64,000 nucleotides of DNA from Heteronotia binoei (taxonomy: Eukaryota). This document shows positions 23,261 to 34,040 of this stretch, piece by piece. The translations under genes were made by a program, and so were the position numbers. The stretch spans positions 101,990,001 to 102,054,000 of the forward strand of contig NC_083231.1 in assembly GCF_032191835.1 (NCBI RefSeq), given 5' to 3'. The notes under the pieces were generated by a model, which made no database searches, was not told the origin of the DNA, and saw nothing but the letters and a program-made list of their open reading frames with translations. Within the stretch, counting starts at the first letter, position 1. Every line of letters begins with the position of its first letter.

Positions 23261-24844
23261 TCAGGTACAGGCTGATCATCTTCTCCTTCAATTATTTTAG
23301 GTAACAAAGCCTTGTTCTGGTGCCAGAGCTCTTTTTCCCCTGGCGCTTCTGTCCGATTTTGCACAAGCTGCTATGGGGCTGTGATTTGCCCAGCCTCTTT
23401 CCTGCAGCAAGCAAGAAGGTTTCTGCTTGCCGTGGGAAAGAGGCAAGGCAAGTCGCAGCCCTGAAGCAGCTTGTGTGAAATTGGATGGAAGTGCTGGGGG
23501 GGTGGGAAGGGCTCCTACACTGGAACAAGCCTAGTGGGGATAAATAGATGGGAGGGAGAGGTGGAAATAAAGCAACTTTAATACAGTCACCAAGCTGCTG
23601 GCTGGCTTGGCGAAGTGATTTAAAGAGATGCCTTCTTAAATTTGGTTGATGGGGTGGTGGTGGCTTTGAGAGCCGCAGAATATGTGTGGAAGAGCCACAT
23701 GTGGCTCCTGAACCTCAGTTTGGCCACCTCTATTTTTCACTGGAGGTGCCGGGGATTGAACCTGGGGCCTTCTGCATGCCAAGCAGGTGCACCACCATCA
23801 AGCCACACCCCCTCCCCAGTAAAATAGTGCCTCAAAAAACCCAGTGACCCTTGTGTGGCCACTGACCACATTCAGGCTGCTTCTGCAACTCATCCTCCCA
23901 GCCAACCTGGAAAGCAGAGAAAAGAATGATTCTCTACCTTCTCAACAGGCCGGAAACGTTAGTTCTTTCTGTTTATTTACATAGGTCAGGTAGCCAGTAA
24001 TAGCAATTCTGTTTATCCCATCGATTTCAAACAATTTGAAAATGGGAAGGGGTGGGGGGAGGAGACCCAACCCTGGATGTTAAGCCACTATTTCATCCAT
24101 TTGCTACAAGGCTGCCTTGTCTCCTACTATTTTCTGGCTAACTTATCAACTCGCTGAGCGCTGTTTTCCTTGCCGCGGCTTGAGATGGGTGGAACGCAAA
24201 AGGGGAATGGAAGGGTTGGCCCTTAATTGCAGCTTGCAACCTGCATTTACTTCCAGCAGTTTTGCTAGAGGGTTTTCTAAGCAGCTTTGTGCTTACAACT
24301 GGGACTAGTTTGAAGTATTTTTCACCCATCCAAATAAGCAACGCTACAAAGGTTCAAATAAAACCCATATGGTTGTGGCACTCATGTATGACAACGGTAG
24401 GCATCAGCCAGGTCTGTCACTTCCTCCTGTGTCATGTGACTCCCCCAGGCCATGTTTACACTCCTGCAGTTGCTTGGGGGTTAAGGACCAGCCCTGCTAG
24501 GAAACAGGTTGCCCTAACAAGCCTCACTCAATCAGGAGTAATCTGTTTCACTGTCCCCAAGGTAACCATGGAAACTTGAATGCTAGAACACCTGACTGTG
24601 CCTGAATGTGATAGGGCCATGTGTGCAGATAACGTCCTCTACCAAACCTCTGGAGGAATGACTTGGGTAAATGTATGAACAGGGCTGCTGTCGGTGATAG
24701 AACCCCTGCTGGTCTGTAGCCAGAATGCAGGGAAGAGATTGCTCTGCACCATTGTTTAATTTGGCAAGGGAAGGAGGGGAAAAGTCATAAAAATAAGATA
24801 TCTGGTTTTTTTTTAAAATTTATATGTGCATGTGTGAGTGTATG

Positions 24845-24985
24845 TGCACCTGGAAGTCATGGCAACCTCTGGTGACTGACCCCTACTGGGGGCCTGGAGG
24901 AAATTCAGAGAGGCGGCTGAATAAAGCCTGCCCCCACCTCCTGGTATTCCAAGGAGGTCTCCCATCCAAGTACTTGCCAAGATTA
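24845..24985 (-). mobile_element. 5S-derived SINE, cut by the MITE at 24996
   Basis: ggtctcccatccaagtact = reverse complement of the 5S C box. Confidence 0.65.
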
Positions 24986-24995
24986 TTGCTAAACC

Positions 24996-25176
24996 CAGGG
25001 CTTGTTTTTTTTTTGCAGAAAACCCCCAGCAGGAACTCATTTGCATATCAGGCCACACCATTGTCCCACACAGGACTTTTTATAGCAAAAGCCCAGCAGG
25101 AACTCATTTGCATATTAGGCCACATCCCCTACTGCCAACCCAGATGGGACTGCGTATTTGCTTTAAAAAAGCCCTG
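24996..25176. mobile_element. hAT MITE, octamer-bearing tandem subtype
   Basis: TIRs cagggctt/aagccctg; perfect TSD gctaaacc at 24988-24995 and 25177-25184; two internal cagcaggaactcatttgcatat units. Confidence 0.9.
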
Positions 25177-25439
25177 GCTAAACCCATTTCCCTGTACAAG
25201 AGAAAGCTGCTGGAAGGAGTGGGGATATATAGGGAAAGGTAGTTCTAATCTCAGAAGGTTAAAACATTTTTGCACAAACTTAAATTATCTTCATTTAGAA
25301 AGAAATTACACTGTGTTGAATGGATCTCTACACCCAAGCAAGCGTGCATATTTTCTCCAACGGGCAAAGAACGGTTTTGTGGGGCTACACCAGACATGGG
25401 TAAAACTCCCCTTTCCTTTGCCGTATAGCAGCCCAAACA

Positions 25440-25625
25440 GGCCACAGTGTAGCCTGAGCTTGTCAGAAAGGTCAGCCATAGTAAGTATTTGGATGGGAGA
25501 CTGCCAAGGTAGAGTAGGGTTGCTGTGCAGAGGCAGACAGTGGCAAACTACCTCTGCTCTTCTCTTGCGCCTGGTATGCCCTGCACATTGGGTTGCCACG
25601 AGTTGGCTGCAACTTGAGAACATTT
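25440..25625 (+). mobile_element. 5S-derived SINE
   Basis: agtatttggatgggagactgccaagg..gtggcaaactacctctg. Confidence 0.7.
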
Positions 25626-26349
25626 TCTTCTTCTCTTGCCCTGTGCTTGCAATGGAAGAAGGATCCTGAAACTCCTAGTGTCTCATCTGGTTTGTCCCCA
25701 AGAAAGACCAAGTTTCCAAGACTACAGAGAAAAATTGTGACCAGAATGAAACCTGAACCAGCGGCCTCCCAGTTCCCAGCTCATTTCATTAACCACTATG
25801 CTACAGAGGCTTATGAAACCATGAAGGCTGTGAAAAGAGTGATCAGAGGGGAATTATTTTATTTCCCTCCCTCCCATATAACAGCAGGAGGCTGTCCAAT
25901 AAAACTGAGGAGTGGTATGCTGGAACTGGCAAAAGGAAGCATTCCTTTGTGCCCTATACAGTTTTCTTATAGAATGGGTTGTGAGAGCTTGTTGTAATGA
26001 CTAACATAGAAGCTTTGACAAAGAAATGGGAAAACAATTATGTAAAGTAGGTCTATCAATGGCTGTTAAAAGTAAAGAAGTGAACAGGAGGTTGGAGCTC
26101 CTTCCCCAGGAAAAAAGACTAAAAACTTTACAGATGTTTTGTTTAGGAATAGGGGCCAGGATGTGAGACGTGCTGGGTGAGTACTAGTAACTTAATTTTT
26201 TAACTGAAGTGGGCTTGGGAGGACCTTCTCCATACAAGCACTGTACCATTGTCCCCTGCCATGAAGCTCACTGGGAAATTTCACTCTTTTGCAGCCTAAG
26301 CACTGTTTGAGGATTGTTGATAAGATAACATTGGGGGAAGTAGAAAAGT

Positions 26350-26420
26350 GCAAGAGCTGCACTGAGCCCACTTTGGCAGGGAGGGTGGGATATAAATGTA
26401 GTAAACAAACAAACAAATAA
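26350..26420 (+). mobile_element. L2-type 3' tail
   Basis: gagctgcactgagccc..gagggtgggatataaat..(aaac)n. Confidence 0.6.
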
Positions 26421-26575
26421 GAACACCTTAAAGACTAACAAAATTTGTAGCAGGGTAGGAGCTTTCGTGAGCTGCTGCTCACTTCTTCAGATACACCCAG
26501 CCACAAATTGGGTTAGTCTTTAAGGTGATACTGGACTTTTGCACTTTTCTACTGGTACAGACTAACACGCAGGCT
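26421..26575. mobile_element. Penelope-like inverted fragment
   Basis: Inverted arms caccttaaagactaac / gttagtctttaaggtg. Confidence 0.7.
26455..26494 (-). ncRNA. Minimal type I hammerhead ribozyme motif (Penelope-derived), activity unknown
   Basis: Minus strand: gtat CTGAAGA a GTGAGC agca GCTCAC GAAA gct c ctac; intact core and 6-bp stem II, one mismatch in stem I. Confidence 0.6.
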
Positions 26576-26769
26576 CATTTAGTAGAAAAATAGGTGGAGC
26601 TCAATAGCATAATCTATTAGCATATGCCGTCCCCCCCCCCACAGCCAAAAGCAACCCGATGCAAGAAAGGAGAGCCCTGGGCAAGTGAGGCCTATTTGGG
26701 CCGGCTAGAGATCCAGCCAGCCCAAGCAGACCTTGCTCACCTGGGGCTCTCCTTAGTCGCTGCCCCCCA

Positions 26770-26950
26770 CAGTCAAAAGGCCAGCAAGCACTGCCAAGTT
26801 GTAGCTGACTTCTGGCAACCCCACAGGGTTTCCAGGGCAAGTGATTAAGCAGAGGTGGCTTGCCATTGCTTTCCTCTACAAAGTCTTCCTTGGTGGTCTC
26901 CCTTCCAAGTACCAACCCTGCTTAGTTGCCACGATCTGACATGACTGGGC
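26770..26950 (-). mobile_element. 5S-derived SINE
   Basis: ggtggtctcccttccaagtaccaaccctgcttag. Confidence 0.7.
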
Positions 26951-27053
26951 TAGGGGTGGCCAACGGTAGCTCTCCAGATGCATGGCCAATGGCTGGGGCT
27001 GATGGGAGTTGTAGGCAAAAAAACTTCTGGAGCGCTACTGTTGGCCACCCCTG
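26951..27053. mobile_element. Short hAT-type MITE
   Basis: TIRs aggggtggccaac / gttggccacccctg. Confidence 0.65.
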
Positions 27054-27169
27054 ATACTATACCATTTCACATCCTGCTCACATGATGTACAAGTGAACAA
27101 TTTAATGTTCAGGATTTTGTATTTTTGCCATCCCCCCCCAGCATCTTTTGCATGCTGTAATGGCTGGAG

Positions 27170-27445
27170 TAAAGTTTGAGTCGAGTGGCACCTTTAGGAC
27201 CAACAAAGTGCTATTCAAGGTATGAACTTTTGTGTGCAAGCACACTTCTTTAAATACAATGAAATGGGAGCAGAAATAACAGTCATACATTTAGAAGGTG
27301 GGCAGTAAATTATACAGAATAATCAAGATGTTTTCAATAGCATAAAAGAACATCAAGCTTAGTTTATAAAACTTTTGTTGGTCTTAAAGGTGCCACTGGA
27401 TTCTTAACTTTGTTCTATTGCTTCATCCCAACACCGCTGGATCTG
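27170..27445. mobile_element. Penelope-like inverted fragment (decayed)
   Basis: Arms gtggcacctttaggaccaacaaag / ttttgttggtcttaaaggtgccactg. Confidence 0.65.
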
Positions 27446-27759
27446 TCTTAATGACTAGGGTCAGACTAGGATCTGGGAGGCGCAGGTTCAAATCCCCACT
27501 GTGCCAAGGCTTGCTGGGTGACCTTGGGCCAGTCGCACACTCTCATTGTAACCTACCATACAGGGTTGTTAGGATAAAATGGAGAGAATGCTTTGGGGTG
27601 GAAGGTGGGGTGTAAATAAACAGGGGAAAGTAGTACTTATAGAATGATAAAGCTCACTGAATCGATCGGCAGAGCTAGGGGCCAAAGTGGGGTGGGGTAG
27701 TCAAAAGGACAGGTGAACTTCAGAGTCCATGAGGTGATGGGTTGAGATGCTGAAGTCTG

Positions 27760-29620
27760 CTTTCTTTGGAAGGAGTCTTCTTTTGTGGAGCCTCCCCCCC
27801 TCCCCACAGTCCCCAGCATTTCCATGGGAATCAGCACTAGCCGCAGATGCGGTCCCTTCCCAACCTGCCAGCGCTGACCAGCCACCAGGCCTTCAACCGC
27901 CTGGCCAAGCCCAGGAAGAGCCGCAGGGAAGCGGACGGCGCCGCTTGGCCCAAAGAACCCGGCGGCGGGGAGCTCCCCCGCGCCCGCCTCGAGCGGCTGC
28001 CTCTCCAACGGCGCGTCCCAGGCCGCTCGCGGGAGTCCTCCACGCAGCCGCCAATGCCTTCGCCTGCCAGCCGCTGCTCCTCTCCCCACCCCCGGGTCCG
28101 GGCATACTCAGGCTGCCGCTTCCAGCCCCGTCGCGAAGCAGAAGCTGCTGCTGCAGCAGCAGCTTTTTGCGCGCAGCTCCCGGCGGCCTCTGGGTTTGCT
28201 TTTGCAGCCACCAGATAGGAACAGGCGCCCGGGCTGCAGATTGGGCTCGTCCTTCTTCTCCTCCTCCCCGACCCCTCCCTCCGAGGCCTCGCCGGGCTTT
28301 GACGTCACGTGCGCTCCTTCCCGTTGCCATGGCAGCCCCAGTCCCCAAGCCCTCTGCTGCCTGTCTCCTCTGGTAGGCTCCACAATGGTACAAGCCAGCA
28401 TCACGATGCACAATGGGCTCCAGACAGTAAAAGAGGGTGATTCAGCAAGCCGCGCGCTCTGCTTCCCCCCCAGCCTCCCCGCCGCCCTCTCCTTCCGCCT
28501 CTGAGTCCCTCACCTGCAGCCCTCGCCCGTCCCCTTCGCCTCGCCTCTGGGCTTTGCTGCGAGCCTCGGCATTAGCATTGTTGTTATTACTTTTTTTTCT
28601 CCTTTCCCGGTCTCCCCTGCTGCCGCCCCTCCCTTCGCACCCAGGTTGCTCCGGGGCCACCTGCCCGCCTTTATTTTTTCTCCCCCCCCCCCCGGAATCC
28701 TCTCGTGCCCTTCCCGCCCATTTCTGTCCCCCCTTCCTCTCCCCCATTTGGGAAATGTGGCTTCCCAAGACTGCGTAAAGGTGGCTGCGGCGCGCGCGGG
28801 GGGAAAAGGTGACTGTCCCCGGGAGAGAGGCGCGGAATGGTAGGCGAGCTGCGCGGCGGCGGGGGGTTGGTGGGTGGGTGGCTGAGAGGGAGGGAGGGAA
28901 GCAGGAGAGTGAATGGCCGGGTCTCGGGGATGATGAATATGGAGGGCTGTTAAAAAACGATACAGGGAAGGGGGGGGGAGTGTTGAAGGAGGGAGGGAGG
29001 GAGAAGAGGGAGGCAGGTTCATGAAGTAAACTGCCCACAGAGGCAGGGGAGCAGCTCGCCGCGTTGGCAACTGGAGGCGCCGCCTGCCTGCCTGCTTGCT
29101 CTGGCTTGGGTTCGTATGCGCCTTTTTCTCTTGAGTTGGGAAGGTGGTAGCCACTGACATGGTTTGAACGAGCCGGGAAGGGGGTGGGGGTGGATGTAAA
29201 CAGTGCTGCTGCTGCGGGCAAGCCTCTTCCACCCGGTGGAAACGCTGCGCCTTCATGTTTTTTTTTTTTTTAAAGGACTGGTTCATGCAGAAAAAAAAAT
29301 AGAACCCCCTGTTTGCTTAGGGGCTAGTTGTGCGTGTCTGAAAAAGGACCTTCTTCGGTGCTATTTGCGTTTTCATGCTCATAACAGGCCCCCCCCCACA
29401 CCCCCCCCCCCCGCTCCAGCCTGAGCAGTGATAAATCTGAAAAGTGCTCCTCTCGAAAACTATGTTGGTGGGATGTGTATGTATGTGGCTGGGAGGTGAA
29501 AAAGAAAATTTGAAGCGGTTTGGGGTTTATTTTTTTGGGGGGGGGGTGTCCCGGATTTCTCCCCGCCCCCCGCAGGAGTTCTTTCTTAAGATAAGCACAG
29601 CTGTCTTGCATAACTCTTCC
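27760..29620. promoter_or_regulatory. CpG island / promoter of an unidentified gene, possibly bidirectional
   Basis: Sharp rise in GC content and CpG density, GC boxes, G-runs; no recognisable TE from about 27.64 to 31.44 kb. Confidence 0.85.
28240..28444. promoter_or_regulatory. Motif cluster: CCAAT (28240-28244), CRE/E-box TGACGTCACGTG (28300-28311), RFX X-box GTTGCCATGGCAGC (28323-28336), two CACAATGG SOX-type sites (28381, 28409), AP-1-like TGATTCA (28438)
   Basis: Direct consensus matches within 205 bp; the X-box is 13/14 to GTTGCCATGGCAAC. Confidence 0.6.
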
Positions 29621-30565
29621 GTGTACAGGATTGGGAGCCAAAGATGCATTTTATAGGAATACTAAATGTTGTTCAGTGGTAGCGGGGAAGAAGCAGATTG
29701 GTTATGTGCCAGGATTGGGGGTGGGGGAGGCATCCCACAAATTCTTATAAAGACTGCAGTGAAATCAATGTAGATTTACAGGAATAGCCTCTGACAGCCT
29801 GGCTATTGTAATAGGATGAAATGTCCAAAGAGAATTTCTGCAGTGCTGAGGGCGATGCTGTTGGTTGCTGCTACTAAAATGCACATTTTGTTTTGCATGT
29901 CTGTCGGAGGTCAGTATCCTGCCGATCTGGTCTGGCTTTGTGGTATGCTCAGAGCTGGGCTCCATAGTCTTGTTTACATGGGTGCCTTTTTGGTGCAGAG
30001 GCTCACCGGGTCCTTCAATGCAGCGCTTCCATCCATCCCTCGCACTCTGCTCTTTGTGACTCCCCCCCCCCCTCAACAAGAGCCTTGTGAATGGCAAACC
30101 CTTGCCTATAAAACATGTCTCTCTTTGTTTTTTTCCCCAAGAGAGAGCATGAAGATGGCTGAGAAAGAATGAAAAGAGTGATGTTAGTGTAGATGATGCT
30201 GGTTTCCTATTTTGTACTTTCTTTTCCTTTTTTAAAAGAGCTGTGTTGGCTGCTTGGAGGATGCTGATCTTCTTGTGCGAGGCCGATCAAGATGGGGGTG
30301 TGAGAGAGCCCGGCTGACAGGGGAAAGACACACAGTGATTGTGTTGGCCGCATGCAAACAGGCTTGAGTCAAACAGTGCAAGAATGAGGAAGCCGGGCAA
30401 CCAAAGGGGTCCTTAGGGTGACCAAAACATTGGAACCCATTACTGTCAGTTGTGTGTGTGTGGGATTAGTATAATGATTATCGGTGTGTTGGCAGTCCTT
30501 CTCCCCCCCCCCCTCCTAGTATTTACTAATTCCTTTTCCTTATGCTATTTTAATTTCTGTTCCAG

Positions 30566-30656
30566 AAGGCAGCCTTCTTAGGGCTGCCAGAGCAAAATTT
30601 CAAAACAAAGGAGGGCTACCAAAAGCTGATGATTTGAAAGAGGGCTGCCCCTTAGG
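30566..30656 (+). other. Candidate exon (91 nt)
   Basis: tttctgttccag acceptor, AGG|gtaaga donor; one open frame but no recognisable protein. Confidence 0.2.
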
Positions 30657-32732
30657 GTAAGATATGCCAATACAACAAGGGACAGCTGACAGCCTTAAAT
30701 TATACCTGCTTATATTCTGATTCAGAGCAATTGGGTCTCTCCCCACCCCCACTTCTGTTGTTATTGAATGACCCGAACTGGCCTAAGCTTTTAAATCGGG
30801 AGCCTCTTGGACCCCTGTTCTGTTCTGCTGTTTCAGGGCATGTATTCTTTTGCACACATCCTGTTTTGTTGCTGTGGCATATGGCAAAGAGGCTTCACTG
30901 TGCCAGAATGATTTGGGAAAGGTGGGAGGGGAATCGTTTAGCACAGAAGTACTAGCTGCCTTTGGCTATCTCTGCTTGCATGCTGACTATTGGGGAAAAA
31001 CACTGATCTCTCTCTCTCTCTTTCTCTCATGTTTGAGATTGTGTATGTATGTTTGTGCTTTGCTGGGAGAAGCTGTTTATGACTGGTTCCCAGAAGGGGA
31101 TGTGATGTGTGTGTGTGTTTTCAGGCATATCTGTAGCCATTTTTTTTAATGGTTTCCTAGCTCAGGGTCAATAACAGAAAGGCACAAATTATTGTTAAGG
31201 CATTGCAAACTTATGCTTGGGCTTTGTTTGCAAATAGGAATAGGGAAATTTTGGGCATCACACCAAGGGCCTAGCTGTGTTTTGCAACCTTACGGAGAAT
31301 TTCTGTTCCCCTCCAAGAACCGTAGAGTTGGTAAGGAGCTCAGAGAACATCAGTCCAGTCTCCTGTATTGAAAAGGGCTGGGGGAGGGAGAGAGAAAGGT
31401 GGGGGGGGACATGTTACTAGTGCCAATGGATGAATGGGTGAAGCAGTGTTGCACAGTGGAGAGAGTGCCGGACTTAGATTAAGAAGACCTGGGATCAGAT
31501 ACCTGCTGGGTTGTAAAGCTTACTGCCTGACCTTGGCCTAGTCAATAGCTCATCCTAATCTATCTCATGGGGTTGTGAGGATAAAATGAGAGAACCTGTT
31601 ATGCCCTGAGCATCTTGAAAGAAGGACAGAACATAAAAAAATGTGATTTAAAAAAATCCATCGGTAGGCACACACACACATACACAAAGGTCATCTTTAT
31701 GAGATCAGCACAAAATCCAAACTGAGGTTTTGGCAGCCTGGTTTGTGCTGATTGTTTTGAAAAAAAAAATCAATTTCTACATCCACTTTAATTCCCCAGG
31801 GTTCAGACCGTTGTGGGGTAACTTTTTATGCATTATCCCCTTTTTTATTGCTTAAGCTGATGTTAACTGCTTTGAGCCTGTGAGTTGGTGGTGGTGGGGA
31901 GCAAATTGGGCTAGAAACTGAAATAAATGGAATATCCTGGTAACAAACAGGAGGGGGAGGGTTTATAGAAGGCCTTGTGGACGTGACTCAAATACAAATG
32001 CATGTTTTGATAACCATTTTTGCTGCTTTCTGGAACCGTTGGGGGTAGTGGCAGGAAGAAAAGAGGAGCTTCTCTATTGAACCAGAATAATAAGTAATTG
32101 CAAATGGATTTCTAGACAGCTTCTCATCCAGGTACTGATGGGGCTGAGGCCTGTGTAGCTTGAACAATGCTGTGGCACCAGCACAGGCCAATTGCCTTTG
32201 AGTTCTTGCTTTCTTCTGTGTTCTTATATAGGCATGTCTACTTAAAAAGCCTGGCAAAGAAGACTGGGTTTTAGCACTAATCAAAATAAGGCTGTATTTG
32301 CTGCAACCCTTCATTTTTCTGCTTACTGTAGCACCATCTACAGAGATGGAGACTTCTGGGGGAAATAGTCTTTTTAGAGGTATATAAACTCTACTGTAAT
32401 GAAGAAACAGTGGTTAACGCTAGCCATCTCCCCCCCCCCCCCAACAACTTTTCAGCATTTTGCAGCTTTTTCAGAACTATGAGGGTCAAATGTAAAAAAA
32501 ACAGTAATGTAATAAAGAAGGTAATTCTAATATATCCCAAATCTTTTTGGGATATATTACTTTACTTTTTCTAATGTGGCTAGGTCTCAAAACCAAAGTC
32601 ACCAATTTTTATCTTTGCAGAACCTTGGGAAGGTTACTTTTATTTTGCGTTTGTCTAGCACTTCAGGGTGTTCAAAGAGCCTCAAATGCATTAATCCAGT
32701 AGTGTTTACAAGGTCACAAGGTTGGTTGGTAT

Positions 32733-32989
32733 TAGGGTTGCCAGGTTCCCCCCCCCCCACCTGGCCACTTGTGAGGGATGGGGGGGATAGGATTGCTGGC
32801 TCCAGACTGGGAAACTCTTGGAGATTTGGGGGTTGGAGTCTGGGGAGGACAGAATGCTCAGTGGGGTGCAGTGCCACAGAATCCACCCAACAAAGCATCC
32901 ATTTTCTCTAGGGGGAATGATCTCTGTAGATTGGAGATGAGCTGTAATTCCAGGAGATCCCAGATCTTTCCTGGCGGCTGGCATCCCTA
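32733..32989. mobile_element. TAGGGTTGCC-family hAT MITE
   Basis: TSD gttggtat / gctggtat (7/8). Confidence 0.88.
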
Positions 32990-33952
32990 GCTGGTATTGT
33001 TATCCCCATTCTCCAGATGCAAGGCAGGGGAAGGCTGAGGCTTGTAGACAGCTGATGTGGATTTAAAATTTGGGATTTCCTAGTTCTTTGTGAGCTATGT
33101 TTTAATACAGCTCAGCTTCTGCTGTTCCCTTTACCTTACTTCAAATGAATGTTGCATTGGACATTTTCAGCCTTGATTCTCTAACATCTGAGCAAGACTT
33201 CTTTAGAGTCTCTTTGCTCCATCAGTTGTATGCAGCTGATCTGCACTGCAGCAGAGAACAGAGTTCTTTTACACAGAAAATCTGAAAAAGAACTTGATCA
33301 TTCAGTGGTGAAACGGGAGTACTGGGTTACCTTCCTCGCTGTAATATGCTGAAAGGGCCATGAGTGAACTCTGCCATGGAAGGTAGCACTGAAGTATTTT
33401 TTTTTTTTTTTAGATTTCAGGGTGGAGAGTGCTTAGGTCAGTCACCATACCCCATATACAGTATCTCCAATAGGCAGTATCTCCAGTTAAAGGACTGGAA
33501 GCACAGACATGGGAAATACCCTTAACCAAAATTTTTGTTTATGTGTATTACAGTTACAGCAGAAAAATACTGCACTGGACAGACCAATTGTATTATAAGC
33601 CAGCTTGTTCTATTAGGAACTTGCTTAAGATCACTGGTGCTGAGTTGTGTATAAGGAATACTACCTCCTTATCTCCCACCCCCTCAAAGCCCACCTTTTC
33701 TGAGAAGACTTCACCTGAACCTGTTGGTCCTCTGAAAATGCCCTACTGAAATGCAGTCAAAATACACGGGGGACTGGACTTCTCTCCCCTCTTTCTCCAA
33801 ACGCTAAATCTTAAATTGTAAGTTTCTTAGAGCAGAGACCGTGCACTTCAATTATTCCCTATGAACGCTATTAGTAAAAAGAGAAAAAACACAATCCAAG
33901 GAGAGCCGTGGTATTTATTAATACATGTTTGCCACTGCTTTTCATTCAACAG

Positions 33953-34040
33953 AAACCTTAAGTGCAAAACTCAGCAGTAGGATAATATATAATAAAAAGT
34001 TTCACTTTTGTGGAGCATTCTTTTAAGAGGAACTGTCAAG
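33953..34040 (+). other. Candidate non-coding (5'UTR) exon (88 nt)
   Basis: tgcttttcattcaacag acceptor, AAG|gtaagc donor, TE-poor surroundings. Confidence 0.25.

Noticed and set aside
24824-25669. 281-aa ORF
   Set aside because: Spans a 5S SINE, a MITE and another SINE; no protein-like homology.
28240-28336. MHC class II-type X-X2-Y module
   Set aside because: RFX, CRE and CCAAT are present, but spacing does not match the constrained S-X-Y geometry, and no MHC exons are visible.
27637-29286. Many long overlapping ORFs (up to 259 aa) in the CpG island
   Set aside because: Expected from stop-codon scarcity in GC-rich DNA; low complexity, open on both strands, no recognisable domain. The Kozak-like GCCATGG is part of the X-box palindrome.
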